64,000 nucleotides of DNA from Alphaproteobacteria bacterium (GCA_965212075.1 OZ243043.1:260933-324932), one strand, 5' to 3'; positions 1 through 10,420 are shown, counted from the stretch's first letter. Made by a program: numbers and translations. Notes: a model not told the origin generated them from the letters alone.

Positions 1-282
1 AGGGGCGGGCGCGTCATGTGCTTTATTGTTCAAGATGACGCTGACTTCGGCAATGTCGCGCGCCGAACGCAGAGAGGTGCCGGCGAAAATCACATCATCC
101 ATCTGTTTGCTGCGCAGGGATTTGGTTGACGCCTCGCCCATCACCCAGCGCAGGCTTTCGACGAGGTTGGATTTACCGCAGCCATTCGGGCCGACGATGC
201 CGGTCAGTCCGGGGAGAATGTCCAGCTCAACGGGCTCAACGAAGGATTTGAACCCGCTCATGCGAAATTTTTTAAATTCCAT
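1..282 (-). CDS. smc: chromosome segregation protein SMC, N-terminal fragment (continues past window start)
   Basis: Reverse-strand translation from the ATG at 282 reads [74 protein letters not shown]. It carries the SMC-type FKSF motif and Walker A (GPNGCGKSN). It is open to the window edge, so it is absent from the ORF track; the + ORF 26..349 is its shadow. Confidence 0.8.
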   Translation of the reverse strand, partial: MEFKKFRMSGFKSFVEPVELDILPGLTGIVGPNGCGKSNLVESLRWVMGEASTKSLRSKQMDDVIFAGTSLRSARDIAEVSVILNNKAHDAPAP

Positions 283-294
283 AAAGTGCGTCCA

Positions 295-933
295 TTATTG
301 TGTAGCCTTCTCAAAAGCCTTTTCAATGGCGCTGCGCAGCACGGGATAAGGCTGGTTGCCTTGAATGAGCGTGTCGTTGATGAAAAAAGACGGCGTTGAC
401 TGGACGCCCATCTCAGTGCCGGCCACGCGGCTTGCATGGAGGCCGTTGAGGATTTTTTCATCATTAAAGCAGGCGGTGAAATCTTTTTCGCCGATTCCGG
501 CATGGCGCGCGAGGCCTTTAAGTGCGCTCATGCGATCTTGCGCGAGCACCCATTGAGGCTGCTGGTGAAATAACACAGATAGAAAGGCGAAAAAACGCTG
601 TGGATTAAATTTTTCCCCACCGGAATTGTCGCGGGAGCGGCTGACGCAGCGCGCCAGCATAGAGGCAGCGGTCGCCCATGGATCAAGCGGATATTCACGG
701 AAGATCAGCCGGACTTTTCCAGTATTGATGTAGTCTTTTTTCAGCAGAGGGTAGGTTTGCTTATGGAACTGCGCGCAATGGCTGCATGTCATTGAGGCAT
801 ATTCAATGATGATTACGGGCGCGTCCTTGTGTCCGATGGCCATTTCGGGCAGGAGGTTTTGCTGTGCTGCGGGGCTTTGTGTTTCCGAGCAGGCCAGCAA
901 AGTGGCGAAAAGAAAATAGGCTAAAATGCGCAT
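295..933 (-). CDS. DsbA-family thiol:disulfide oxidoreductase (periplasmic, signal peptide)
   Basis: Thioredoxin-fold CxxC (MTCSHCAQF). Start moved to MRILAYFLFATLLAC, which gives a signal peptide. Confidence 0.7.
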   Translation of the reverse strand: MRILAYFLFATLLACSETQSPAAQQNLLPEMAIGHKDAPVIIIEYASMTCSHCAQFHKQTYPLLKKDYINTGKVRLIFREYPLDPWATAASMLARCVSRSRDNSGGEKFNPQRFFAFLSVLFHQQPQWVLAQDRMSALKGLARHAGIGEKDFTACFNDEKILNGLHASRVAGTEMGVQSTPSFFINDTLIQGNQPYPVLRSAIEKAFEKATQ

Positions 934-982
934 AGATATCGTCCGGATCAAAGAGCGAATCACTCAAGATAAATATATCGCA

Positions 983-1303
983 TTATGAGTGTTGATGCGG
1001 CGGGCGCTGGACGATTTTGAGGCGCTGGATGTTGCCGTCACCGAGCAGATTGTTGGCGCGCTGGATGATTTGCGGAGCCTGATGCTGCAGCTCAATCGCC
1101 TCGCCGCCGCAGGCATGGACGGTCAAGGCGCGGTGGCCGATATATCGCGGCGCGCTGGCCTCGGCCAGCCCACCGGCGATTTCCGGCCAGTGTGCGGCAA
1201 TTTTAACGATTTGCGCGTCTCGGAGGCCATGACGCCTGAATGTCCGCGTCATGATTTTGGTGATCATTTGTCCGAGCGGACGCGGTGTATTTTGGCGAAT
1301 CAT
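983..1303 (-). CDS. DUF721/DciA-like small protein (tentative)
   Basis: 106-aa basic protein immediately upstream of, and divergent from, mutY. I recall this arrangement for DUF721 in alphaproteobacteria, but the family assignment is from memory only. Confidence 0.35.
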   Translation of the reverse strand: MIRQNTPRPLGQMITKIMTRTFRRHGLRDAQIVKIAAHWPEIAGGLAEASAPRYIGHRALTVHACGGEAIELQHQAPQIIQRANNLLGDGNIQRLKIVQRPPHQHS

Positions 1304-1341
1304 GGTTTGAGATTATCATATAAATGATATGACCGCATTAT

Positions 1342-2403
1342 ATGCCAGCACCGCAGAAATATTTAGCGCGCACTTTGCTGCGCTGGTTTGACCGCCATAA
1401 GCGGGCTTTGCCGTGGCGGAAAAAGACTTCTGACCCCTATCGGGTCTGGCTGAGCGAGATCATGCTGCAGCAGACCGTTGCAGCGGCGGTTGTGCCTTAT
1501 TTTGAGGCCTTCCTTGCGCGCTGGCCGAATTTGCGGTCTCTGGCGCGCGCGCCGCTTGATGAGGTTTTACGCGCTTGGGCGGGTCTGGGCTATTACGCGC
1601 GCGCGCGGTCATTGCATCGTTGCGCGGTCATTGTGGTCAAAGAGCATGGAGGGAATTTTCCCGAAGATGAAGAGGCTTTGCGCCGCCTGCCGGGCATTGG
1701 GCCTTATACCGCAGCGGCGGTCGCGGCGATCGCCTTCGGTCGGCCAGCGATCGTCGTAGATGGCAACATTAAGCGCGTGATGGCGCGCATGTTTGCGATT
1801 GAAGATATGGACGAGAAAGAAATCTATCATTATGCCGCGCAGATCACGCCGAAAAAACGCGCCGGAGATTATGCACAAGCCGTGATGGATTTGGGCGCGA
1901 CGATCTGCAGACCTCGCCATCCCGCTTGCGGCTTATGCCCTTGGCAAAAAAAATGCCTTGCGCATCAGCAGGGCAAGGCCGAGCTTTTTGGCCGCCGCGC
2001 GAAACAAAAGGCAAAGCCGCACCGCATTGGACAGATATTTATTCTCACGCGCAAAGACGGCGCGGTGCTGCTGCGCCGCCGTCCGCGCGATGGCTTGCTG
2101 GGCGCGATGATGGAATTCCCGTCCTGCGGCTGGGATAAGCAGGCAAAGATAGAAAACATAATGGCGAATATGTCCCCACCCGCGAAAAAGATCGGCGCGC
2201 CGGTGCGCCATATATTCACGCATTTTTCTCTTGAGCTGGATGTTTATCACGCCGCGCTGACACAAAGACAGACCGCGCAGCTTGCATCAATGCAAGACAG
2301 CAAATGGGTCAAACGCGATCAAGTGAGCGCGCAGGCGCTGCCCAGCCTCATGCAGAAGGTCTGGCGCCGTGCCTGCGCGCATGACGCAGCCGCCAAACTA
2401 TGA
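1342..2403 (+). CDS. mutY: A/G-specific adenine DNA glycosylase MutY
   Basis: HhH-GPD glycosylase N-terminus (LLRWFDRHKRALPWRK...PYRVWLSEIMLQQT). It has the 4Fe-4S Cys cluster (CRPRHPACGLCPWQKKC) and a C-terminal NUDIX-like domain. Confidence 0.9.
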   Translation: MPAPQKYLARTLLRWFDRHKRALPWRKKTSDPYRVWLSEIMLQQTVAAAVVPYFEAFLARWPNLRSLARAPLDEVLRAWAGLGYYARARSLHRCAVIVVKEHGGNFPEDEEALRRLPGIGPYTAAAVAAIAFGRPAIVVDGNIKRVMARMFAIEDMDEKEIYHYAAQITPKKRAGDYAQAVMDLGATICRPRHPACGLCPWQKKCLAHQQGKAELFGRRAKQKAKPHRIGQIFILTRKDGAVLLRRRPRDGLLGAMMEFPSCGWDKQAKIENIMANMSPPAKKIGAPVRHIFTHFSLELDVYHAALTQRQTAQLASMQDSKWVKRDQVSAQALPSLMQKVWRRACAHDAAAKL

Positions 2404-2429
2404 GAAACAGCAAGCTCATAAAGCGAACC

Positions 2430-3512
2430 TCACGAGGCAAGGCTTAGCCGTGCGCGCATTTCTTGGCGCAGATGATCTATCGGTGTCAGAGATTTTTTCT
2501 TCCGCAGATAATGCCAGAACGTCCAGCCATTGCAGCTTTCGCGCTGCAGCAGATGTGCGCCGAGCGCATGTATGGAGCCGGTCTGTCCCTGACAGATCAA
2601 GCTGCCGTCAATGCGCACACGCGCGGCAAAGCGGCGCGAAGCGTCATAGAGCAAAGCGCCCGGCGTGATGAGCTTTTCTTCAACGAGGCGGCCAAAAGGA
2701 ATGCGCATTTCGCGCCGCGCGCCTTGCGCCATTTGCAGCGCATCATCGGGCTGCACAGCCTGTGCGGCGATCCGCGCGCGCGCGGCTTTGAGATAATTCT
2801 CATCGCGCTCAATGCCGATATAATGCCGCCCAAGATGGCGCGCCACGCAGGCTGTCGTGCCGGTGCCTAAGAACGGGTCAAGCACAAGATCGCCGACATC
2901 GCTTGCGGTTAATATAACGCGCGCGATCAAAGCTTCAGGTTTTTGAGTCGCATGCAGCTTTTCGCCCTTTTTGTTTTTGAGCCGCTCATGGCCGGTGCAG
3001 AGTGAGAAGACCCAATCATCGGAGCGCATTTGCAGATCATCGTTGAGCGTTTTGAGCGCGGTATAATTAAAGCGATATTTGCTCGTCTGCGACTTCGCCG
3101 CCCAGATCAGAGTCTCATGCGCATTGGTGAAGCGTGTGCCGCGAAAGTTTGGCATCGGATTGGTTTTGCGCCAGATAATGTCATTGAGCACCCAAAAATC
3201 AAGGTCTTGCAGAGCCGTGCCCAAGCGAAAGATATTATGATAGGTGCCGATCACCCAGATCGTCCCGTGCGGTTTGAGCAGGCGGCGCGCTTCGTGCAGC
3301 CATTGCCGCGTGAAGTCGTCATAATCTTTGAAGCTGGCGAATTTATCCCACGCATCGTCAACGCCATTGACGCGGCTTTGATCGGGGCGGGTGAGCTGGC
3401 TGCGCAGCTGAAGATTATAGGGCGGGTCGGCGAAAATCATATCCACCGATTCTTCCGGCAAAGCGGTCATTTTCTTGATGCAATCGCCGAGGATGACTTT
3501 GTCTTTGAACAT
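2430..3512 (-). CDS. ccrM: N6-adenine DNA methyltransferase, CcrM-like (GANTC)
   Basis: DPPY catalytic motif (IFADPPYNLQL) and the FLGTGTT AdoMet motif. About 360 aa with a C-terminal extension typical of CcrM. Lies between mutY and rnhB. Confidence 0.85.
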   Translation of the reverse strand: MFKDKVILGDCIKKMTALPEESVDMIFADPPYNLQLRSQLTRPDQSRVNGVDDAWDKFASFKDYDDFTRQWLHEARRLLKPHGTIWVIGTYHNIFRLGTALQDLDFWVLNDIIWRKTNPMPNFRGTRFTNAHETLIWAAKSQTSKYRFNYTALKTLNDDLQMRSDDWVFSLCTGHERLKNKKGEKLHATQKPEALIARVILTASDVGDLVLDPFLGTGTTACVARHLGRHYIGIERDENYLKAARARIAAQAVQPDDALQMAQGARREMRIPFGRLVEEKLITPGALLYDASRRFAARVRIDGSLICQGQTGSIHALGAHLLQRESCNGWTFWHYLRKKKSLTPIDHLRQEMRARLSLAS

Positions 3513-3561
3513 TTATTTTCCTGCTCGGTTTCGCTGAACAGGAAGAGGTAATCATTGCAGG

Positions 3562-3590
3562 GTTAATTTTTTACTTTAAGTGGTTAAGGT
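3562..3590. promoter_or_regulatory. TTAA half-site cluster upstream of ccrM (possible CtrA-type site, imperfect spacing)
   Basis: GGTTAATTTTTTACTTTAAGTGGTTAAGG lies 20-50 nt upstream of the ccrM start. It has several TTAA half-sites, but none with an exact TTAA-N7-TTAAC spacing. Confidence 0.2.
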
Positions 3591-3591
3591 T

Positions 3592-4188
3592 TTATGAATT
3601 TTTGAGTGGTGCGAAAGATAGACGATGGAGTTTCGTCGCGCCGAACTTTTTGAGCGCGCGAAGATGTTCCGCCGTGCCATAGCCGACATTTTTGTGCCAG
3701 CCATAATGAGGATAAAGCTGCGCGGCGTGCTGCATCAGGCGATCGCGCGCGACTTTGGCGATGATGGAGGCGGCGGCTACCGAAAAAGATTTCTGGTCGC
3801 CGCGCACGAGCGGGTGTGCCGGACATAAAAGGTTTTCAGGAATGCGCGGCCCGTCAATCAGCAGGGCGGCGGGTTGGCGCGGCAGATTGGCGATCGCCCG
3901 CTTCATCGCCGCAAAGGTCGCCGCGACGATGCCGTTTTCATCAATGTCTTCGCGGCGCGCAGCACCCAGCCCGATATAGGCGCGCGCATAAAGCTGCGTG
4001 AAGGCCTGTGCGCGCTGCTGCGGCGAGAGTTTTTTAGAATCATTCAGGCCATCGGGGATGTCGGTCGCGTGAAGAATCACCGCAGCCGCAACGACCGGCC
4101 CGGCGAGCGCGCCGCGTCCGACTTCATCAACGCCGGCGATCTCAAGCTCCGGCGCGCCTAGTTTGCGCTCATATATGTAGGTGGGCAT
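3592..4188 (-). CDS. rnhB: ribonuclease HII
   Basis: LEIAGVDEVGRGALAGPVVAAAV catalytic N-terminus and C-terminal conservation. Start taken at MPTYIYERKL. Confidence 0.9.
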   Translation of the reverse strand: MPTYIYERKLGAPELEIAGVDEVGRGALAGPVVAAAVILHATDIPDGLNDSKKLSPQQRAQAFTQLYARAYIGLGAARREDIDENGIVAATFAAMKRAIANLPRQPAALLIDGPRIPENLLCPAHPLVRGDQKSFSVAAASIIAKVARDRLMQHAAQLYPHYGWHKNVGYGTAEHLRALKKFGATKLHRLSFAPLKNS

Positions 4189-4238
4189 GACGGTCTCCAT
4201 TTGAACTTGTGATCAGCGCGCGATAATCTCCTATCTCT

Positions 4239-4925
4239 ATGTCAGCGCGATCAGATATAAGAATAATCATTCCGAGCTTGAATGCGGAAAAGTTTTTGCA
4301 GCCTTTATTGTTATCGCTGCGGGGGTTTGCTGTGATCGTTGTGGATGGCGGCTCGGATGATCGCAGCGCCCAGATTGCGCGCGCCTGCGGCGTCAATTTG
4401 ATTGAGACGCGCGCTGGGCGCGGCCACCAGATGGCGCTTGGCGCGCAAAAACAAGATGAGGCGCGGGGTCAAGCGCGGGGTAAAATACATAGCTGGCTGC
4501 TTTTTCTTCATGCCGACAGCCGCCTAAGCGAAGGCTGGGAGCAGGAAGTGGATGATTTTATCGCGGCGCAAAAACAGCCTGTGGCCGTGTTCCGCTTTGC
4601 GCTGGATGATGAGCGCTGGCGCGCGCGCATTGTGGCGTTTTTTGTTTGGCTGCGCTGCATGATTTTTGCGCTGCCTTATGGGGATCAAGGGCTTTTGATC
4701 AGGCGCGATATTTATCACAAAATTGGCGGCTTTGCCGATATGCGGATGATGGAGGATGTTGCGCTGATCCGGCATTTTTCGCGCCGCGAGATTCATTTTT
4801 TCAAAACGACATTGACGACGAGCGCAGAGCGCTACCGCGCGCGCGGCTATATAAGGCAAATTTTGCGCAATTTTAGATTGCTGCTGTTTTATTATCTGGG
4901 CGGTTCAATAGCGGAGCGGCGATGA
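4239..4925 (+). CDS. family-2 glycosyltransferase (TIGR04283-like; partners with the following DUF2064 gene)
   Basis: GT2 motifs (IIIPSLNAE, VVDGGSDD). Its 4-nt overlap with the DUF2064 gene reproduces the known two-gene pair. Confidence 0.65.
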   Translation: MSARSDIRIIIPSLNAEKFLQPLLLSLRGFAVIVVDGGSDDRSAQIARACGVNLIETRAGRGHQMALGAQKQDEARGQARGKIHSWLLFLHADSRLSEGWEQEVDDFIAAQKQPVAVFRFALDDERWRARIVAFFVWLRCMIFALPYGDQGLLIRRDIYHKIGGFADMRMMEDVALIRHFSRREIHFFKTTLTTSAERYRARGYIRQILRNFRLLLFYYLGGSIAERR

Positions 4926-5497
4926 GGGCATCATTGATTATTATGGCGCGTGTGCCGCAACTCGGCGCGGTTAAGAAGAGGCTGGCGCGCGAAATCGGCG
5001 CTGTTGCGGCGGTGCGCCTTTACCGCAAAATGCTGCAGATATGCCTCGCACTTTCCTGCGATCATTTGTGGCGAACGTATATTGCGCTGACGCCTGATCA
5101 TATTGCCTATCCGCTCATTGTGCCGCGCGTGGCGCAGGGGCATGGGAATTTGGGACAGCGCATGGAAAGGCTGGCGCGGCACACTTTACGATATGGGCAA
5201 GGCGCGGTGATTTTTATTGGCTCGGATGCGCCGCTGATCCGTCCTCATCATATTCGCCAAGCTTTGCGCGGGCTTCAGCATCATGATGTGGTGTTCGGGC
5301 CGTCGTGTGATGGCGGCTATTGGCTGGTCGGATTGCGCAATCCGGCGCTGATGATGTTTCGCAATGTGCGCTGGTCAACACCGCACGCGCTCGCCGATAC
5401 AAAAGAAAATGTCGGTGCAAAGAAGATTCTTTTTCTAGAAACTTTGCGAGATATTGACGAGAAAGAGGATTTGCTCGCGCTGGCTAATCATTTGTGA
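4922..5497 (+). CDS. DUF2064 / TIGR04282-family glycosyltransferase-associated protein
   Basis: N-terminus ARVPQLGAVKKRLA and the VVFGPSCDGGYWLVGL motif. Coupled to the preceding GT2 gene. Confidence 0.65.
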   Translation: MRASLIIMARVPQLGAVKKRLAREIGAVAAVRLYRKMLQICLALSCDHLWRTYIALTPDHIAYPLIVPRVAQGHGNLGQRMERLARHTLRYGQGAVIFIGSDAPLIRPHHIRQALRGLQHHDVVFGPSCDGGYWLVGLRNPALMMFRNVRWSTPHALADTKENVGAKKILFLETLRDIDEKEDLLALANHL

Positions 5498-6011
5498 AGC
5501 GCGGCATGAGCTCAGCGAGATTGCAGGGACGGTAGCGCGCGTCAAGCAGATCGCGCAAAATGTGATCCCAGCCATCGCGGCACGCGCCGGGCGAACCGGG
5601 CAGCGAAAACAGGCAGACCGAACCGACCAATCCCGCCGATGCGCGCGACTGAATCGCCGACAAGCCAACTTTTTGCGCGCTGACATTATGAAACTCAAAC
5701 GCAAAGCCCGGAATTTCTTTTTGATATAAAGACGAAAAGGCCTCAAAGGTGACATCGCGCTCGGTCAGGCCGGTGCCGCCGGTCGCGATGATGACATTGA
5801 TGGCCTCGTCAGCCAGCCACCTTTTCACCTGTCGGGTGATCGCTCCATGGTCATCTTTGACGATCGCGCGCTCAGCCAGTTCGTGTCCGGCGGCGGCGAT
5901 CCTCTCGGCCAGCAAATCGCCGGAACGATCCGTCTCTTCGGTGCGGCTGTCAGAAACCGTCAGCACGCAGATCGCAAGCGGAATGAAATCTCGTGAATTG
6001 TCAATTGGCAT
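5484..6011 (-). CDS. moaB: molybdenum cofactor biosynthesis protein B (MoaB/MogA family)
   Basis: VLTVSDSR ... [13 protein letters not shown] motifs of the MoCF_biosynth fold. Confidence 0.8.
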   Translation of the reverse strand: MPIDNSRDFIPLAICVLTVSDSRTEETDRSGDLLAERIAAAGHELAERAIVKDDHGAITRQVKRWLADEAINVIIATGGTGLTERDVTFEAFSSLYQKEIPGFAFEFHNVSAQKVGLSAIQSRASAGLVGSVCLFSLPGSPGACRDGWDHILRDLLDARYRPCNLAELMPRFTND

Positions 6012-6846
6012 CTTTATTCGCGTCGTGTTTTTGCTTCACCAGCAGCATATCATGCCAAGCGAGCGATTTCTGCGCTGGTTGGCGCAGCAAATAGGCCGGA
6101 TGCAAAGTCGGCAGCACATCAATTTCACGGCCTTTGATATTTGCTTTATGCCAGCGTCCGCGCAAACTCATAATGCCGCGCGTTGTGCTGAGCAGCTCTT
6201 TGGCAGCGACGCCGCCTAGACATATCAAAATTTTCGGCTGAATCAATTCAATATGCCGATCTAGGAATGGCCGACATACGTCTCTTTCTTCAGGCAGCGG
6301 ATTGCGATTGCCCGGCGGCCTCCAAGGCAGAATGTTGGCGATATAAACATTTTCTGCGCGGCTCAAGCCGATCGCGGCGAGCATTTTGTCCAGCAATTGG
6401 CCGGAACGGCCAACAAAGGGCAAGCCTTGACGATCCTCTTCTTGGCCGGGCGCTTCACCGATGAGCATGATCTGCGCTTGCGGATTGCCGTCGGCAAACA
6501 CAAGATTGCGCGCGGTTTTTTTCAGCGGGCAGAGATCAAATTGCGCGAGTGCAGCGCGCAAAGACGCAAGATCAGCAGCTTGCGCAGCAAGGCTTTCAGC
6601 TTCTTGAATCGCTATCGTTTGATCTTTGGCGGGTGTCTCCGCGCGCGGCATTTGGGGCTGGGGTGCTGTCTGAGTCGGCGGTGTTTGAACGGGCTGCTTT
6701 TGTGGGATCGCTTTTTCTTTTGGCTGCTGCGGCAGCTGATAAAAATTGACGGCCTCCTCACGGGCGCAATCACGCACACCGGCGAGAGCAAACCAGCGCG
6801 CATAAAAAGCGGCCTGTTGGAAGGTGAGGTCATTCTCATCGGTCAT
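6001..6846 (-). CDS. uracil-DNA glycosylase, family 4, with an N-terminal extension and a P/Q-rich linker
   Basis: Family-4 UDG motifs GEAPGQEED and [12 protein letters not shown] plus HPAYLLR. Preceded by about 100 aa containing a PQ-rich linker. Confidence 0.8.
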   Translation of the reverse strand: MTDENDLTFQQAAFYARWFALAGVRDCAREEAVNFYQLPQQPKEKAIPQKQPVQTPPTQTAPQPQMPRAETPAKDQTIAIQEAESLAAQAADLASLRAALAQFDLCPLKKTARNLVFADGNPQAQIMLIGEAPGQEEDRQGLPFVGRSGQLLDKMLAAIGLSRAENVYIANILPWRPPGNRNPLPEERDVCRPFLDRHIELIQPKILICLGGVAAKELLSTTRGIMSLRGRWHKANIKGREIDVLPTLHPAYLLRQPAQKSLAWHDMLLVKQKHDANKDAN

Positions 6847-6956
6847 TATCTCATACCCCTATCGCATATCCCTTTTGCTCGCCTTTTTGGCCAAAACTAT
6901 ATATGATAAATCGCACGGGAGAGTCATCATCGCAATCATAAAGTGATGAGAGCAAC

Positions 6957-8681
6957 ATGACGCAGGAGAAAGATATGAGCGCACTGCCTCCAGAAGAAAT
7001 CAATGCACGGCAAGGCTTTGTTTTGACGGCCACAGGCCGCGAATCGATGGATTACGATGTGGTGATTGTCGGCGCTGGGCCTGCGGGGTTGGCTGCGGCG
7101 ATCCGGCTGCGGCAATTGGCTGAGGAGATGGAGAAAGATATTTCGGTCTGTGTTTTGGAGAAGGGATCGGAGGTGGGCGCGCATATTGTTTCCGGCGCGG
7201 TGATGGATCCGGCGGCGTTAACGCGCCTGCTGCCAAAATGGAAAGAGGAAGGTGCGCCGCTAAACACACGGGTCAAAAAGGATATTTTCTATCTGCTGGG
7301 CAAAAAAAGAGCATGGCGCATTCCGAGTTTATTTTTGCCGCCTTTGATGAAGAATCATAAGAATTATATTATTTCGCTGAGCAATTTATGCCGCTGGCTG
7401 GGGCAAAAGGCTGAAGCGATGGGGGTTGAAATTTATGCGGGCTTTGCGGCTGCCGAAGTGCTGTTTGATGATGATGGCCGCGTGCGCGGCGTCGCGACGG
7501 GTGATATGGGGATCAGCAAATCCGGCGAGAAAAAAGATAATTATACGCAAGGCGTTGAGATCACCGGCAAATATGTTTTATTCGCTGAAGGCGCGCGCGG
7601 ATCGCTGACGAAATTTTTGATAAGGCATTTCAAACTGGACGAGAATTGTGATCCGCAAAAATATGGCATCGGCCTCAAGGAGCTTTGGCGCGTGGATCCG
7701 AAAAAGCACCAGCCGGGTCTTGTGCAGCATTCTTTGGGCTGGCCTCTGGGCAATAAAGTGGGCGGCGGCTCGTTCATCTATCATTTTGGCGACAATCACG
7801 TAGCGGTTGGCTATGTTGTCGCGCTGGATTATCAAAATCCGTATTTTTCGCCGTTTGATGAGTTTCAGCGTTTTAAGACTCACAGCGCGATCAGGGATTT
7901 ATTCACGGGCGGCGAGCGCCTGTCCTATGGCGCGCGCGCGGTGACTCAAGGCGGCGCGCAATCGGTGCCGAAGCTGATTTTTCCGGGCGGCGCGCTGGTC
8001 GGCTGTGCGGCTGGGTTTATGAATGTTCCGCGCATTAAAGGCAGCCATAATGCCATTCATACCGGCATGCTCGCTGCGGAAGCGGCTGCCGATGCGCTCA
8101 AACAGGAGACGCCGCCGCCCTTGCTGGATAATTATTCCAAAGCCTATAAAGCCAGCGCGGTCTATCGTGAGCTGCGCCGTGTGCGCAATGTCAAACCGCT
8201 TTGGGCGCGGCTGGGCATTTTTCCCGGGATTATGCTCGCCGGCATAGATATGTGGCTGCGCACATTTTTTATTCGCCTGCCCTTCACCATGCATCATAAA
8301 GGCTTTGACTACCAATCGCTGAAGCCCGCGCGCGACTGCGAGAAAATAGATTATCCCAAGCCGGATGGCGAAATCAGCTTTGATAAATTATCATCGGTGT
8401 TCATTTCCGGCACCAATCATGGCGAGGACCAGCCGCCTCATCTGACTCTGCGCGACCCGCAGATTCCGATGACATCAAATTTGCCGGAATATGATGAGCC
8501 AGCGCAGCGTTATTGTCCGGCAGGTGTTTATGAAGTCGTTGAAGAGAACGGTGTGCCACAATTGCAAATTAACGCGCAAAATTGCGTCCATTGCAAAACC
8601 TGCGACATTAAAGACCCGGCGCAAAACATTAATTGGGTGGCGCCAGAAGGCGGTGGCGGCCCGAATTACTCAAATATGTGA
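6957..8681 (+). CDS. electron-transfer flavoprotein:ubiquinone oxidoreductase
   Basis: FAD dinucleotide fold (VVIVGAGPAGLAAAIRL). The C-terminal 4Fe-4S ferredoxin motif (CVHCKTCDIKDP) and overall length fit ETF-QO. Confidence 0.9.
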   Translation: MTQEKDMSALPPEEINARQGFVLTATGRESMDYDVVIVGAGPAGLAAAIRLRQLAEEMEKDISVCVLEKGSEVGAHIVSGAVMDPAALTRLLPKWKEEGAPLNTRVKKDIFYLLGKKRAWRIPSLFLPPLMKNHKNYIISLSNLCRWLGQKAEAMGVEIYAGFAAAEVLFDDDGRVRGVATGDMGISKSGEKKDNYTQGVEITGKYVLFAEGARGSLTKFLIRHFKLDENCDPQKYGIGLKELWRVDPKKHQPGLVQHSLGWPLGNKVGGGSFIYHFGDNHVAVGYVVALDYQNPYFSPFDEFQRFKTHSAIRDLFTGGERLSYGARAVTQGGAQSVPKLIFPGGALVGCAAGFMNVPRIKGSHNAIHTGMLAAEAAADALKQETPPPLLDNYSKAYKASAVYRELRRVRNVKPLWARLGIFPGIMLAGIDMWLRTFFIRLPFTMHHKGFDYQSLKPARDCEKIDYPKPDGEISFDKLSSVFISGTNHGEDQPPHLTLRDPQIPMTSNLPEYDEPAQRYCPAGVYEVVEENGVPQLQINAQNCVHCKTCDIKDPAQNINWVAPEGGGGPNYSNM

Positions 8682-8690
8682 GGCGCGGTT

Positions 8691-10418
8691 TTGATGAAGA
8701 TGAATCTGTCTGCGATAATTTTTTGCCTAGTTTCATTTTTGATTTGGAATTTGCCGCCTGCCTCTGCGGCGATTTCTCTTTTGCCCGACGGCGTGGCAGG
8801 AAAATATCTTTCGGCGCGCGTCGCGCTCGCGCGCGGCCAGTCTGGCGATGCGGCGCGCTTCATTGAGCGCGTTTGGCGTCAAGATGATCAGAATGTTGAT
8901 ATTTTGCGCCAGCTTCTTTTGCTGAAAATCACCACGGGAGATATGCCCGCCGCGTTCGGCCTAGGGCAGAAGCTGATGGCGCTGCGGCCGCATGATCATC
9001 TTGCGGTTTTGCTGCTGGGCATTGCGGCGGTGAAGGCGGAAGATTATTCCGCTGCCAAATCTTATTTTGAAGATTTTGCCAAAAGCCAGCCGAGAAATTG
9101 GACTCGCCGTCTATCTGTGTCCATGCTGAATGTGTGGGTTGCGGTCGCGCGCGGCGAGACGAAGGACGCACTGGCGACGCTTGCGCGTTTAAGGCAGCTT
9201 CATCCGCGCTTGCGTTCGCTGATGGATTTGCAGCAGGCTGTGACTTATGATCTTTTGTCCAAGCCGGACTTGGCGCGCTCATCTTATGAGCAGGCGGTGG
9301 AATCTTATAGCCGTTTATTTGGCCGCTTGGGCCGCATCGGTGAGGCTTATGGCCGTTTTTTAGAGCGTCATGGCAATCCGGCGCGCGCGCGGAAGATTTA
9401 TCAGGGTTTTGTCAGATTAGATGGCATTAACAAAGTGATCGGCGAAAAAGGTCTTGCGCGCCTTGCGCAAGGGAATAAGCCGCAGCCTTTGACAGCAAAC
9501 ATTCACGACGGCGTGGCGGAGACTCTTTATTATTATTCGAGTCTGGCATTTTTCAGCAGGCGGTTTGAGGAAGCTGTTCTCTATGCGCGTCTGGCTTTGT
9601 TTATGCGCGCATCGTTTGATGTGGCGCATTTGCGCCTTGCGGAAATTTTTAATCAAGGGAAGAATTTTCGTGCAGCGATCAAGAATTATCGGCAGATTGC
9701 CGCGCGCTCGGATTTTGCGCTGTTTGCGGGCGTGCGGATCGCCTTTGCCTATGAGGAGAGCGGCAGGCTGGATTTTGCGGAAAGCCAGCTTTTTGCTTTG
9801 GCGCGGCGGCATCGCGGTGCGGCGATGCCGCTTGCCGCGCTTGGGGAGATTTATCGCGCGCGCCGTTCGTTTGTGAAGTCGGCTGATGTCTACAGCGAGG
9901 CGATCGCGCGCGCTGCGCCGCAGGTTGATTGGGCTTTATATTTTTCGCGCGGCATCGCGCTGGAACGTTCGGGGCAGTGGGTGCTTGCGGAGAAAGATCT
10001 GCGTCTTGCGCTGTCTTTGTCGGATGAGAATCCGAGCGTATTGAATTATCTGGGCTATTCATGGCTAGATCGCGGCAGCCATCTTGACCGCGCGTTTGAA
10101 ATGATCAAGCTGGCGGTGCGCAAGGCGCCCAATCGCGGAGACATTGTGGACAGTCTGGGCTGGGCGCATTATCGGCTGGGGCGATTTGATCGGGCGGTGC
10201 ATTATTTGGAGCGCGCTGTTCAGCTCAGTCCGAGCGAGTCGGTCATCAACGATCATTTGGGCGATGCGCTATGGCAGGTCGGGCGCAAGGTGGAGGCGCG
10301 CTATCAGTGGCAGCGCGTGTTAGAGCTGGCACCGACGCAGGACATCAATCTGGATGATGTGCGCCGCAAGCTGGAGGAGGGGCTAGCCGCGCCTTCTGCG
10401 GCTAAACTGCGCTTATAA
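8691..10418 (+). CDS. secreted tetratricopeptide-repeat protein
   Basis: Signal peptide followed by multiple TPR-like repeats across about 575 aa. Confidence 0.6.
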   Translation: MMKMNLSAIIFCLVSFLIWNLPPASAAISLLPDGVAGKYLSARVALARGQSGDAARFIERVWRQDDQNVDILRQLLLLKITTGDMPAAFGLGQKLMALRPHDHLAVLLLGIAAVKAEDYSAAKSYFEDFAKSQPRNWTRRLSVSMLNVWVAVARGETKDALATLARLRQLHPRLRSLMDLQQAVTYDLLSKPDLARSSYEQAVESYSRLFGRLGRIGEAYGRFLERHGNPARARKIYQGFVRLDGINKVIGEKGLARLAQGNKPQPLTANIHDGVAETLYYYSSLAFFSRRFEEAVLYARLALFMRASFDVAHLRLAEIFNQGKNFRAAIKNYRQIAARSDFALFAGVRIAFAYEESGRLDFAESQLFALARRHRGAAMPLAALGEIYRARRSFVKSADVYSEAIARAAPQVDWALYFSRGIALERSGQWVLAEKDLRLALSLSDENPSVLNYLGYSWLDRGSHLDRAFEMIKLAVRKAPNRGDIVDSLGWAHYRLGRFDRAVHYLERAVQLSPSESVINDHLGDALWQVGRKVEARYQWQRVLELAPTQDINLDDVRRKLEEGLAAPSAAKLRL

Positions 10419-10420
10419 AT

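Noticed and set aside
26-349. 107-aa + strand ORF at the window start
   Set aside because: The opposite strand encodes a clear SMC N-terminus with Walker A. The + ORF is an antisense shadow.
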